DNA of 64,000 nucleotides from a virus. Its lineage: Duplodnaviria; Caudoviricetes. Positions 1 through 8,241 of the stretch are shown here, piece after piece. The translations under genes were made by a program, and so were the position numbers. Within the stretch, counting starts at the first letter, position 1. Each line of letters begins with the position of its first letter. The DNA lies in the IMG/VR virus record IMGVR_UViG_3300034073_002120; one strand, written 5' to 3'. The notes beneath the pieces are model-generated. The model made no database searches. It was not told where the DNA came from and saw only the letters and a list, made by a program, of their open reading frames with translations.

Positions 1-658
1 ATGTTGCTGATGGGTTCAACCAACCTTCCAATACATTTTTCAATTCTGCATAAGATAATTCTTGATACAATTCAGTAATTTCAGTTTGATTCTCTAAGAA
101 TTTTGCAATATCACCACCTTCTGCTAATGGTGTTTGATTTGGTTTTACTCTAAGAGTAGTTGTTGGATATGAAGTTCCAGCATCTTCTGCTGAAATATAT
201 TCAACGGTCAAATCTCTACCTGCCATTGGGTCAGTAATATCACCATAATCGGGGTCAGCAATGTACCCTAAGATTTCTTGATAAACTGTCTTACCGAATC
301 CCCAAAATTTAACACCTTCGTTTTCTTGACCACGAACGATTACAGGAACAAAGGTTCTCAACTTAGGCTCCATTGCCTTTGCTGCTTTCCAATCTTCCTT
401 ATCGCCCATTCTTTTAAGTTTATCTGCAAACTCAACAATTGGGTCAGGTCTACCGAATGATGCCGGAGATAGATAAGTTTTGTTATTTACGTTGTAATGA
501 AAATACAATTCAATGAACGGATTGTCTTTATTGAATTTGTAAGGTACGATACGGACTTGTGATTTACCAGGAGTTGGTTTCCATAATGCATCCGTTTTCT
601 TTTGTGTGTTTTGTAGTTTGTTTAGTCTACCTCTAATTGCGTTAATGTCTAATGCCAT
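1..658 (-). CDS. T4 gp32-like single-stranded DNA-binding protein (3' end runs off window; absent from ORF track)
   Basis: Hand translation from ATG at 658: MALDINAIRGRLNKLQNTQKKTDALWKPTPGKSQVRIVPYKFNKDNPFIELYFHY...GVKFWGFGKTVYQEI. The WKP..G...RI.P and FWGFG motifs are typical of phage gp32-like SSBs. Frame is open to base 1. Confidence 0.85.
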   Translation of the reverse strand, partial: MALDINAIRGRLNKLQNTQKKTDALWKPTPGKSQVRIVPYKFNKDNPFIELYFHYNVNNKTYLSPASFGRPDPIVEFADKLKRMGDKEDWKAAKAMEPKLRTFVPVIVRGQENEGVKFWGFGKTVYQEILGYIADPDYGDITDPMAGRDLTVEYISAEDAGTSYPTTTLRVKPNQTPLAEGGDIAKFLENQTEITELYQELSYAELKNVLEGWLNPSAT

Positions 659-778
659 TGTTTTTTCCTTTTAAGTTTAATAATTAATTTGTTTTATGGT
701 TTTATTTACGAGTCTTTCCTACTCGCGGTGTGTAAGTATAAATATACGAATTTCCGATTTTCGTATATTAATTTTTTA

Positions 779-1240
779 TTATTTTGCCCACTTTCCGTTG
801 GAAACAATTTGAGCTATAATGCCATATACTGATAGGTCTTGAAACGTATCTTCTACTGCTTCACCAACATTATCTTCTTTACCTAAAACTACCAATTGTT
901 TTAATCTCTGAATTTTATCATTAATTCTAAACCACAAACCTGTTAGGGATAATTTCTTATCATCATCAGTTTCTAATGATGTTCCTACTGCAATGTTTCC
1001 TGGTCCATAATTGGATTGTTTTAGACAGAATAATTCATATTGAGTAAACATAATACGTTTGAACTCATCAGTCATTTCTGGGTATTGTTTTTCGATTTCT
1101 TCTACGATTTTAGGATTATCGTATTTGATGAACGCAACCTCATCTTCGGTTTGTTCTATTTTGGGAGCAATATTGAGTTCTAATTTGTTCTTAGCCTCTT
1201 GCTTAATGATACGAGGAGTTTGTGTTGTGCTCTTTGACAT
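779..1240 (-). CDS. DUF1599-like (nucleotide-modification-associated) protein
   Basis: KQSNYGPGNI...RINDKIQRLKQL...EDTFQDLSVYGII matches the K..DYG / R..DK..RL / EDT..DL..Y pattern of this family, recognised by eye. Confidence 0.6.
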   Translation of the reverse strand: MSKSTTQTPRIIKQEAKNKLELNIAPKIEQTEDEVAFIKYDNPKIVEEIEKQYPEMTDEFKRIMFTQYELFCLKQSNYGPGNIAVGTSLETDDDKKLSLTGLWFRINDKIQRLKQLVVLGKEDNVGEAVEDTFQDLSVYGIIAQIVSNGKWAK

Positions 1241-1268
1241 ATAACCTTTATTATTTTTACTTTACAAA

Positions 1269-1300
1269 TATACGAAATATATCTGATAATACCAAATATA
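1269..1300 (-). promoter_or_regulatory. Bacteroidota-type sigma70 promoter
   Basis: Minus strand reads TTTG-gtattatcagatatatttcg(20 nt)-TATATTTG upstream of the 1240 start; matches the -33 TTTG / -7 TAnnTTTG consensus. Confidence 0.75.
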
Positions 1301-1325
1301 AAGGGGTGATAAAATACCACCCCCT
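1301..1325 (-). terminator. Intrinsic terminator after the small lipoprotein
   Basis: Minus strand GGGGTG-gtattttat-CACCCC followed by ttt. Confidence 0.6.
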
Positions 1326-1333
1326 ATATAATT

Positions 1334-1498
1334 TTACTTTACTTCTGCAGAATCTACTTTTACTGCTGCTGAATCAGATGCAACTACTGCTGTGTCTACT
1401 GCCACTACTGTTGAATCTGATGCTACTTCTGATTGTGATTTTGAACCACATGATGTAATCGTTAAAGCGATTACTGCTACTGCGAATAATTTTTTCAT
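1334..1498 (-). CDS. Small lipoprotein (54 aa) with four D-(S/T)-(T/A) motifs; missed by ORF track
   Basis: Hand translation MKKLFAVAVIALTITSCGSKSQSEVASDSTVVAVDTAVVASDSAAVKVDSAEVK: basic N-terminus, hydrophobic core, lipobox Cys17. Has its own promoter and terminator. Confidence 0.85.
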   Translation of the reverse strand: MKKLFAVAVIALTITSCGSKSQSEVASDSTVVAVDTAVVASDSAAVKVDSAEVK

Positions 1499-1534
1499 TT
1501 GTTTGTGTTTTTTTATTTATTAATTTATTGAATA

Positions 1535-1566
1535 CAAATATACGAAAAAAATCCGAACTTTCCAAA
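1535..1566 (-). promoter_or_regulatory. Bacteroidota-type sigma70 promoter
   Basis: Minus strand TTTG-gaaagttcggatttttttcg(20 nt)-TATATTTG upstream of the lipoprotein. Confidence 0.75.
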
Positions 1567-1567
1567 T

Positions 1568-1969
1568 TTATTTTTGAGAATATTCAATTACTTCAAAAAT
1601 TCTTGTACTAATCTTCTTAGTTCCTTCGGTATTTGTAACAATTATAGTGTTACGGAACTTATCCCAATCTACCATAAAGTCCTTATCGGCTTTACCACCA
1701 TTTTCCTCTTTAACCAATTCGTTTAATGCATTGATTGTATAAAGAGTATTCGATTGTTTCTTTCTATGAACCAAAATAGTATCCTTTAATGGAATAGTTG
1801 GTTTGTATTGAGTATCTATATTATATGTAATATATAATTCTTCCAAATTAGCCTTATTTTGTAAGACGTAAATATAGTTATAAACAATATAATATGTTTG
1901 TTTTATTTGTTCTAATGTAGTTTGTAACTCATCTTTTGTTGTAAATGTGCACAATAGTTGTGTCTGCAT
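1568..1969 (-). CDS. Conserved phage hypothetical protein
   Basis: 133 aa ORF (MQTQLLCTFT...) with GAGGAG at 1975-1980 and a TACTTAT motif upstream. Confidence 0.7.
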   Translation of the reverse strand: MQTQLLCTFTTKDELQTTLEQIKQTYYIVYNYIYVLQNKANLEELYITYNIDTQYKPTIPLKDTILVHRKKQSNTLYTINALNELVKEENGGKADKDFMVDWDKFRNTIIVTNTEGTKKISTRIFEVIEYSQK

Positions 1970-2033
1970 TCTTTCTCCTCTTATTTTATACCTAATAATA
2001 AGTATAAAAAATGAAATCGAAAGACTTATTTTA

Positions 2034-4274
2034 CTAATCTACGGATTCACCTGTTTCAGAATCATACGAATTACCCGAATCATCTAACTCATAATCTGGA
2101 ATATCACCATCATCAGAAAATGAATATTGTGGACCACCACCTGCACGACCAGGTGTTCTTTTTGTTCTATATGTAATGGAATATGAGTTAGGGTCATTAT
2201 TTCCTTTGACAGTTACAAATTGTGGGTCTCCCTTAGTATCGTAATATTGTTTATTATGTGATAATCCAAATCCATCGGATGTTCTGATACTATTGGCATC
2301 ATTTATCATACATAACGCAACTTCTACTGGTACATTTCCAGTTCTACTACTTTTTGCATTACCAACATTATTTTTACCAATTAATGCTGTAATCTTATCT
2401 TCCGTCATAATCTTACCCATTTTTGCTGAGTAATCTTTTTCAGATTGTGCTAAACGTTTATTGAACTCTTCCCAATATTTTGCCTGATTTGGAAAATTAA
2501 CAGATTTTAATTCTTCTTTAAGATTTTGGATTATTTCAGTATATTCTGCTACTAATGTAGAATATTCATTCAACTCAGCAGTAGTAAATACATTAGTCAA
2601 TTCAATTTCAGTCAATGAACGTAATACAAATTCTTTAGTTTTAGCAATTGTTTCTTCCTTAGTAGTACCTTTGTATAAATCATCTTTCAATACTAATAAA
2701 TGGTCTTTCTCACCCAAATATTGACCAGTCATTTCTCTTTTATTCGGGTCAGGATGAATTGATTGGATTGCTTTTGCATTTGCAGGACATCCATATGTTC
2801 TACCTGATTTACCAAATTTAACACTAATTAATGATACACCAGTAGTATTTCCTCTATGAATTACATCACCTGCAGGGAATGAACCATTTGATGGTAAATA
2901 AACTTCTTCACCTCTAGCCAACATAGTTTCATATAATCTATTTTCGGCAAGTTGTTTCATTACTGCCCCTGCTGCATCTGAATCTGCTATATGTAAATCG
3001 GTCATCATTTTATTATATGATTCATCGATTTCTTTAGCTAATTCTTCATTAGGTGCTGTATATTTTTCTATAAGGTCTCTTTGTCTTTTTTGGTGTTCTT
3101 CTAACGCACTTACAAATTTAGGGTCTAATTCACCATTCTTCACCAATTCCTTGCTAGTTTCGATTGTTCTATTTAACGCAGGATTATTAAAACTTTGTTG
3201 TAAATATTCTTGTGAATATTCATTTGATGGCATTTTTGGATTACCATTCTCATCCATTACAGCAAAAAATCCCCACATCGATTCCTTAACTCTACTAAGG
3301 ATTGGATTTTTTTGGAAAAATTCTTTTACCTTTGGATGTTTTTTTGGACTAGCTTCATTCTCTTTACCTAAATCAGGTTTTGCTGCTGCAGCTAATTTAT
3401 CTTTAATACCCTTTGCATTAAATTCTTTTACTTCACCATATTGTTTAATCTTATTAACCAAATTTTCAGAACTATTTGTACCTTGTGTTCCAGAAATAAT
3501 TTTTCTATTGCCACCTAATACGTTAAAATATGCTTTTCTGCCATTTTCATTAGTAGAGAATTTCATATTATCAATAATCCATTGTGCAGATTCTGCTCTT
3601 AATTCTTCCGATGAATTTTCATCATATAAATCTCTAATGTGGTCTAACGCATCAGATACTAATTGATATTGTTCTGGTGTTAAAAATTCTTGTGTTTCTG
3701 CTACCTTAGTTTCAAAACTACTAATAACTTTTTTATCTTCCTTCGAATATGTTCTATTCTCTTCTCTATTTATTTTATCTACAGCTTCTTTTTCTTTTTT
3801 ATATCTTTCTTGAGTTTCAGGTGTTTGTAATGATGTTCCCTTTGGTGGTTCTTGTTGAGGTTGTCCACCACCTACTCCACTTTGTTCTCCATCTTGTGGA
3901 GTATCTTGTTTAGGTTTTGCGTTTGGATTATTAGTTGGACCTCCCTCTTCACCTGCTTTGGCCTTTTGTTTTTCGTACTCATCTTGTGATACTACATTAT
4001 ATTTACCAGAATCATCTTTGGTAAATTTTTGTGCATCTTCTTTTTCTTCTTCACCTTTTTTAACATAATAACCCTGACCAACGTGAGTATATTTCTCATC
4101 ATCAGGTCCTTCTGTTAAATTTTTTAGTAATTCCGTTTGAATTTCACTTAACCCCCATTCGGTAAGAATATCTGAAATTATTTGAATATGTTCTTTCTTA
4201 GACAAGATAGGATAGCCCTCTTTACTTCGATAAGAAAGTTCTCTCAATAATTTGTTAATAAATCTCTTTTGCAT
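2034..4274 (-). CDS. Large modular protein: N-terminal YxHVG...KDDSGKY module, Q/G-rich linker, C-terminal possible PD-(D/E)XK-like domain
   Basis: 746 aa ORF. The module is shared with 59825..64000. FPAGDVI...LISVK resembles a restriction-like active site (inference). Confidence 0.7.
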   Translation of the reverse strand: MQKRFINKLLRELSYRSKEGYPILSKKEHIQIISDILTEWGLSEIQTELLKNLTEGPDDEKYTHVGQGYYVKKGEEEKEDAQKFTKDDSGKYNVVSQDEYEKQKAKAGEEGGPTNNPNAKPKQDTPQDGEQSGVGGGQPQQEPPKGTSLQTPETQERYKKEKEAVDKINREENRTYSKEDKKVISSFETKVAETQEFLTPEQYQLVSDALDHIRDLYDENSSEELRAESAQWIIDNMKFSTNENGRKAYFNVLGGNRKIISGTQGTNSSENLVNKIKQYGEVKEFNAKGIKDKLAAAAKPDLGKENEASPKKHPKVKEFFQKNPILSRVKESMWGFFAVMDENGNPKMPSNEYSQEYLQQSFNNPALNRTIETSKELVKNGELDPKFVSALEEHQKRQRDLIEKYTAPNEELAKEIDESYNKMMTDLHIADSDAAGAVMKQLAENRLYETMLARGEEVYLPSNGSFPAGDVIHRGNTTGVSLISVKFGKSGRTYGCPANAKAIQSIHPDPNKREMTGQYLGEKDHLLVLKDDLYKGTTKEETIAKTKEFVLRSLTEIELTNVFTTAELNEYSTLVAEYTEIIQNLKEELKSVNFPNQAKYWEEFNKRLAQSEKDYSAKMGKIMTEDKITALIGKNNVGNAKSSRTGNVPVEVALCMINDANSIRTSDGFGLSHNKQYYDTKGDPQFVTVKGNNDPNSYSITYRTKRTPGRAGGGPQYSFSDDGDIPDYELDDSGNSYDSETGESVD

Positions 4275-4295
4275 TTCTTTACTAATTTATGTTTT

Positions 4296-4327
4296 ACAAA
4301 TATACGAAATATATTTGAATTATCCAA
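4296..4327 (-). promoter_or_regulatory. Bacteroidota-type sigma70 promoter
   Basis: Minus strand TTTG-gataattcaaatatatttcg(20 nt)-TATATTTG upstream of 4274. Confidence 0.7.
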
Positions 4328-4349
4328 ATTTTAACAAAACTATTTCTGA

Positions 4350-4988
4350 TTAATGGCCGTGATTTTGAGTTCTTTGAATAAAGAATATCACATTTGCTAT
4401 ACTGACAGTATTCCCAAATGCTTCAACATTCCATCGGTTTCCATTTGTTATAAAATCTTCATCGGCATAATACTGAAATACTTCATGGAATTCATGCCAT
4501 ACATCATTTCCTTTTCCGAAAAATAAATCTTTACCAACTCTTTCATATGGAGTTCCGGTTGTATTATCTAACTGAATTCTCATAGATGTTCCGTTTGTAT
4601 TTGCAGTTTTTGCATCAAATACGACCGTGCACATATAAACATCTCCCTCATTTTCTACTTGAATTTTATTAGAACTACTATCATAGAATGAAATTGAAGA
4701 ATGTAAATGAGTTTCTATTGTATTACCGGCATTGTTAGGTAAAGGTTGTTCTCCTGCTGCAACTGTTACAGTAAATACCGATGCGGTTGTGTATTGAGTA
4801 TCATCGTATCTTGCCCAACCTAATCCACTTCCACCCAAACCAGGAGGAATTGAACCCGTTACATTATTTATCAAATTACCATATGTAACTTTTTTAGTAG
4901 TTTCTTCACTAATATCTACACATACAAACACATCATCGTTTGATAAGGTTTCTAAGTTTGGTAATTCGGTTATAGTTTTATCTGCCAT
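4350..4988 (-). CDS. Putative virion fibre/decoration protein
   Basis: N-terminus MADKTITELP...DDVFVCVD resembles MADKRISQL...DILVIV of 5977..7551; beta-rich C-terminus. Confidence 0.55.
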   Translation of the reverse strand: MADKTITELPNLETLSNDDVFVCVDISEETTKKVTYGNLINNVTGSIPPGLGGSGLGWARYDDTQYTTASVFTVTVAAGEQPLPNNAGNTIETHLHSSISFYDSSSNKIQVENEGDVYMCTVVFDAKTANTNGTSMRIQLDNTTGTPYERVGKDLFFGKGNDVWHEFHEVFQYYADEDFITNGNRWNVEAFGNTVSIANVIFFIQRTQNHGH

Positions 4989-5197
4989 ACTAATCTAAAT
5001 CCATTTTGTTGTAAAATATCGTTTCTATCTTGTTGAAGTATATATCTTGTTTCGCTTCCTAATTTTCTTAAACAATATTCGTATTGTTCGTAAGTTTCGT
5101 ATTGATAGATAAAACAATTGTAATCAGATGTAATCTCATTCAAAGGTTTTTTATCCTTCCATTTACTATACCAATCTTGCCAACTTATATACTGCAT
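4970..5197 (-). CDS. Small hypothetical protein ending in a YILQQ...LQQNG motif
   Basis: 75 aa ORF. C-terminal motif resembles the end of 39721..40167 (MIQENGDRI). Confidence 0.55.
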   Translation of the reverse strand: MQYISWQDWYSKWKDKKPLNEITSDYNCFIYQYETYEQYEYCLRKLGSETRYILQQDRNDILQQNGFRLVWQIKL

Positions 5198-5210
5198 ATG
5201 TATAAATATC

Positions 5211-5975
5211 TTATTTTATATAAACTGCTAATGTGTTAAAGTTTGATGTTACTGCATTTTGAAGTGTTGTTACATTTGCTAAACCATATACAGTATTATT
5301 TAATCGGTTTGTCCAACCTCCAGTTCCCAATGCGTTTCCACTTCTACCATAAGGTGTATCTGGATAAGCATTTGTAGGACCGTTTGTAGTCCACCAGTTT
5401 GCAGTATCATATAACCAATCACACGGTGCTGCAACAGGCAATGAACCTGTCATAGATGTATATCCTTTTAATGCAGTCCAACTACCTGTTAGGGGTGCTG
5501 AAAGTTTTAAGATTTGTGTTGCTCTCGTATCAATATCCAAAGCATTCGGATTGTTATACACTGTCTGATGTGCAATACTACAATTTGATAAATGGGGTTG
5601 AACCGATGCAGTTGATGCCATTCTCATTACTGAATTACATTGTGCAGAACCAGATGTTGAATACCAAAGATTTTCTGCATTTCTATAATGTTTTATGAAT
5701 GATGGAGTTGATAAACTACCACTATCTGCATTTGGATATGGGTAGCCCAATTGAGTTGAACCAGATGGATTATATGAAACTAACATCCAACCACCACCAT
5801 TATCGGTTTGATTACAATAAACTTGTACCGAACCTGTCATCATTCCAGTCTTTATCCAATACCAACCATTTGTTCTAACTCCAGCATTGTATAATTGAAC
5901 GGCAGAAAGGGCAGGATTTGAGATTGTTCCCAAATTTGCACCAATAGTTACTCCGTTTCTAAATTCTATTGCCAT
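5211..5975 (-). CDS. Fibrinogen C-terminal-like domain virion protein
   Basis: NGWYWIK...QVYCNQTDNGGGWMLV matches the G.Y.I...VYC.....GGW.LV fibrinogen-related subdomain. Confidence 0.7.
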   Translation of the reverse strand: MAIEFRNGVTIGANLGTISNPALSAVQLYNAGVRTNGWYWIKTGMMTGSVQVYCNQTDNGGGWMLVSYNPSGSTQLGYPYPNADSGSLSTPSFIKHYRNAENLWYSTSGSAQCNSVMRMASTASVQPHLSNCSIAHQTVYNNPNALDIDTRATQILKLSAPLTGSWTALKGYTSMTGSLPVAAPCDWLYDTANWWTTNGPTNAYPDTPYGRSGNALGTGGWTNRLNNTVYGLANVTTLQNAVTSNFNTLAVYIK

Positions 5976-5976
5976 A

Positions 5977-7551
5977 TTAGTATAATCTCTCTATTGAAAT
6001 GAAGTTACTGATGTATGATACACCTATCATTAATGTGATACGATAAAATCTATTATTCGTTTTATCTCGCATCTGATATATCGCAGTATCACCATGTGCT
6101 GCAAAGTTCCAACCAAATGCAGAAGTAGATGCAGTTGTAGTATATGTAATATTATTAGTTGAACCACCACCAGTTGCTCCAGGAACAGAATATACTCCAC
6201 TTATATCTGCTTCAAACGATGTTGATACTGCAGCTATACTCAAACCTCTATTACCACTGGCAGTAACTGTACATTTAAGATTATCTAAAGTTACGAATGT
6301 TCCTACTGCTACCATTCCACTTGATTTCCATATCAATTCACCACCATTTAAATTTGTAGAACCACTAATTACTAATGAACCTGTAATTTCTACTATTCCA
6401 TTATTTTGAACATATAAGTTACTTCCACTTGTCAAATAAAGTGATGAAGTGTTTGCAAGTATTTGAGAACCAATAAATGAACCAGTTGTTATTATCAACG
6501 AACCTGTAATTGTTTGTGTTCCGTTGAATGAGTTTGAACCCGTTGTTATAGTTTGTGCTGATGCGGTAAATGCATTGAATGATGAAGTTGTTGTATAACT
6601 ACCACTAACAAATCCAAATGCACTTATTTGTGCAGAACCACTAATAGTTCCAGCAGGAGTTGTTCCATTTACTACACTACCACTTAATGTATAACGAGTA
6701 TCGTATGAAGATGTTAATTGTGATGAACCGGATACAATACCATTACCCTTTGTTTCATATGAAGATGTTACACTTTCTAATGAACTGATTCGAGCATTGG
6801 ATGATGTGTAGTATGTTGCAAATGCAGTATCATTTGTTAAATCTACTGAATTAATTAAACTAACGATTTCAGCGAATGAATCTTTATCCGCAGTTGATGC
6901 TGATAATATTGCATCTATCCTTCCTTTTTCGGTTGTAATTCTACTATCAAACGATGAACTATCGGTAAAATAAGATGCAGTAAATGAGTTTAAAGATGAT
7001 ATATCAGTAGATTGTGAAACTAACCCAATCGGTTTCCCACTAATATTATCCCAAGTTGTTTGTGTAATAGAACCACTTAAAACGTATCTACTATCATATG
7101 AACTTGTTAATTGTGATGAACCACTAATTGCTCCATTCAACGATGTTAAATAAGAACCTGTATGACTTTCTAAATCATCTAATCTATCTACTAAACTTGC
7201 AGTTGAAATACTTGCAGTATATTCATTGAAAGATGAGGTAGAAACCAAACCTGTATTTTGGGAAACTATACCAATTGTTGCTGCTACTGAACTACTTACA
7301 ATTGAAACTTGTAAATCTGTTGCGAATGTAGAATCTAATGATGAACTCCAACTTTCTAAATTATCGACTCTGGTATCGATACTTTCGGTAAATATATTTA
7401 GGGCACTAATATTAGGTTGAGACCCTGTGATTGCAGAACTTAAATCAGCATAAGTAATCTTTTTAGTTTCGTTATTATTTACGATTACTAAAATATCACT
7501 TCCACTTGGTGATGTATGTGAGTTAAGTTGGGAAATTCTTTTATCCGCCAT
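5977..7551 (-). CDS. Ser/Gly/Thr-rich tail fibre-like protein
   Basis: MADKRISQL start; ISGSSQLTSSYD repeats shared with the 29-38 kb fibres. Confidence 0.7.
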   Translation of the reverse strand: MADKRISQLNSHTSPSGSDILVIVNNNETKKITYADLSSAITGSQPNISALNIFTESIDTRVDNLESWSSSLDSTFATDLQVSIVSSSVAATIGIVSQNTGLVSTSSFNEYTASISTASLVDRLDDLESHTGSYLTSLNGAISGSSQLTSSYDSRYVLSGSITQTTWDNISGKPIGLVSQSTDISSLNSFTASYFTDSSSFDSRITTEKGRIDAILSASTADKDSFAEIVSLINSVDLTNDTAFATYYTSSNARISSLESVTSSYETKGNGIVSGSSQLTSSYDTRYTLSGSVVNGTTPAGTISGSAQISAFGFVSGSYTTTSSFNAFTASAQTITTGSNSFNGTQTITGSLIITTGSFIGSQILANTSSLYLTSGSNLYVQNNGIVEITGSLVISGSTNLNGGELIWKSSGMVAVGTFVTLDNLKCTVTASGNRGLSIAAVSTSFEADISGVYSVPGATGGGSTNNITYTTTASTSAFGWNFAAHGDTAIYQMRDKTNNRFYRITLMIGVSYISNFISIERLY

Positions 7552-7568
7552 AATATTATCCTTCGAAA

Positions 7569-8210
7569 TTATTTAAATTTCAATCCTGTTAATTTTTCAA
7601 TATCCGAAACTAATACTTTGTTATTGTTTATTCCATCTGGTTTAGATAAATCATTCTGAAATAAATACGCGAACCATTCTTTTGTTTTTACTATATAAAC
7701 CACTTTCCAGCATTGTGTCGGAACTGCAACTTTATTTACACCTATTGTTTTAGCAACTCCAATATTTCCAGCCCAGATATGAACTGAATCTTGTTTCACT
7801 GCCCAATTTCGTGTAAGTGTTTCTAATGATTTCCAATCTCCGGCATTTAATCTATGATATTGTGCAGCCATATTAGAATAATAGAAACACTCATCTTGTA
7901 CCGCAGGAGTTTGACATTGATTTGATTTTGCAGGCATTAAATGACCTCTATCCGTTCCACTATTTACATAATCTGCACCAATATTTGTTTCTTTTGGTAA
8001 TAAAGGGTCGGGCTTGAATTTATCTTTACGAGGTAAAGGATTTGGACACCCAACTTTTGCTTTGGTTTCCCACCATTCTACCAATACCGGATATTTTTTT
8101 GATTTTGAAAAGTGTGATGTGTAATTTGTATGTTTTAGAACTACCACATCTTGTGCCTTAAGACCTAAGGCGAAACATAACACTAAAATTAGTGTAAAAA
8201 ATTTTTTCAT
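7569..8210 (-). CDS. Secreted DNA/RNA non-specific endonuclease (NUC / beta-beta-alpha-metal family)
   Basis: DRGHLMPA active-site motif, YYSNMAAQ...LNAGDWKSLE; N-terminal signal peptide MKKFFTLILVLCFALGLKA followed by Q. Confidence 0.85.
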   Translation of the reverse strand: MKKFFTLILVLCFALGLKAQDVVVLKHTNYTSHFSKSKKYPVLVEWWETKAKVGCPNPLPRKDKFKPDPLLPKETNIGADYVNSGTDRGHLMPAKSNQCQTPAVQDECFYYSNMAAQYHRLNAGDWKSLETLTRNWAVKQDSVHIWAGNIGVAKTIGVNKVAVPTQCWKVVYIVKTKEWFAYLFQNDLSKPDGINNNKVLVSDIEKLTGLKFK

Positions 8211-8241
8211 ATACTAAATCCTCTCGTTTAGTATATAAATA

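Noticed and set aside
1374-1565. Track ORF of 63 aa on the minus strand
   Set aside because: It starts inside a promoter and overlaps, out of frame, the much more convincing lipoprotein 1334..1498.
4970-4988. Frameshift fusion of 4970..5197 with 4350..4988
   Set aside because: There is a 19-nt overlap but no slippery run, and the downstream gene has its own ATG with a family-typical MADK start.
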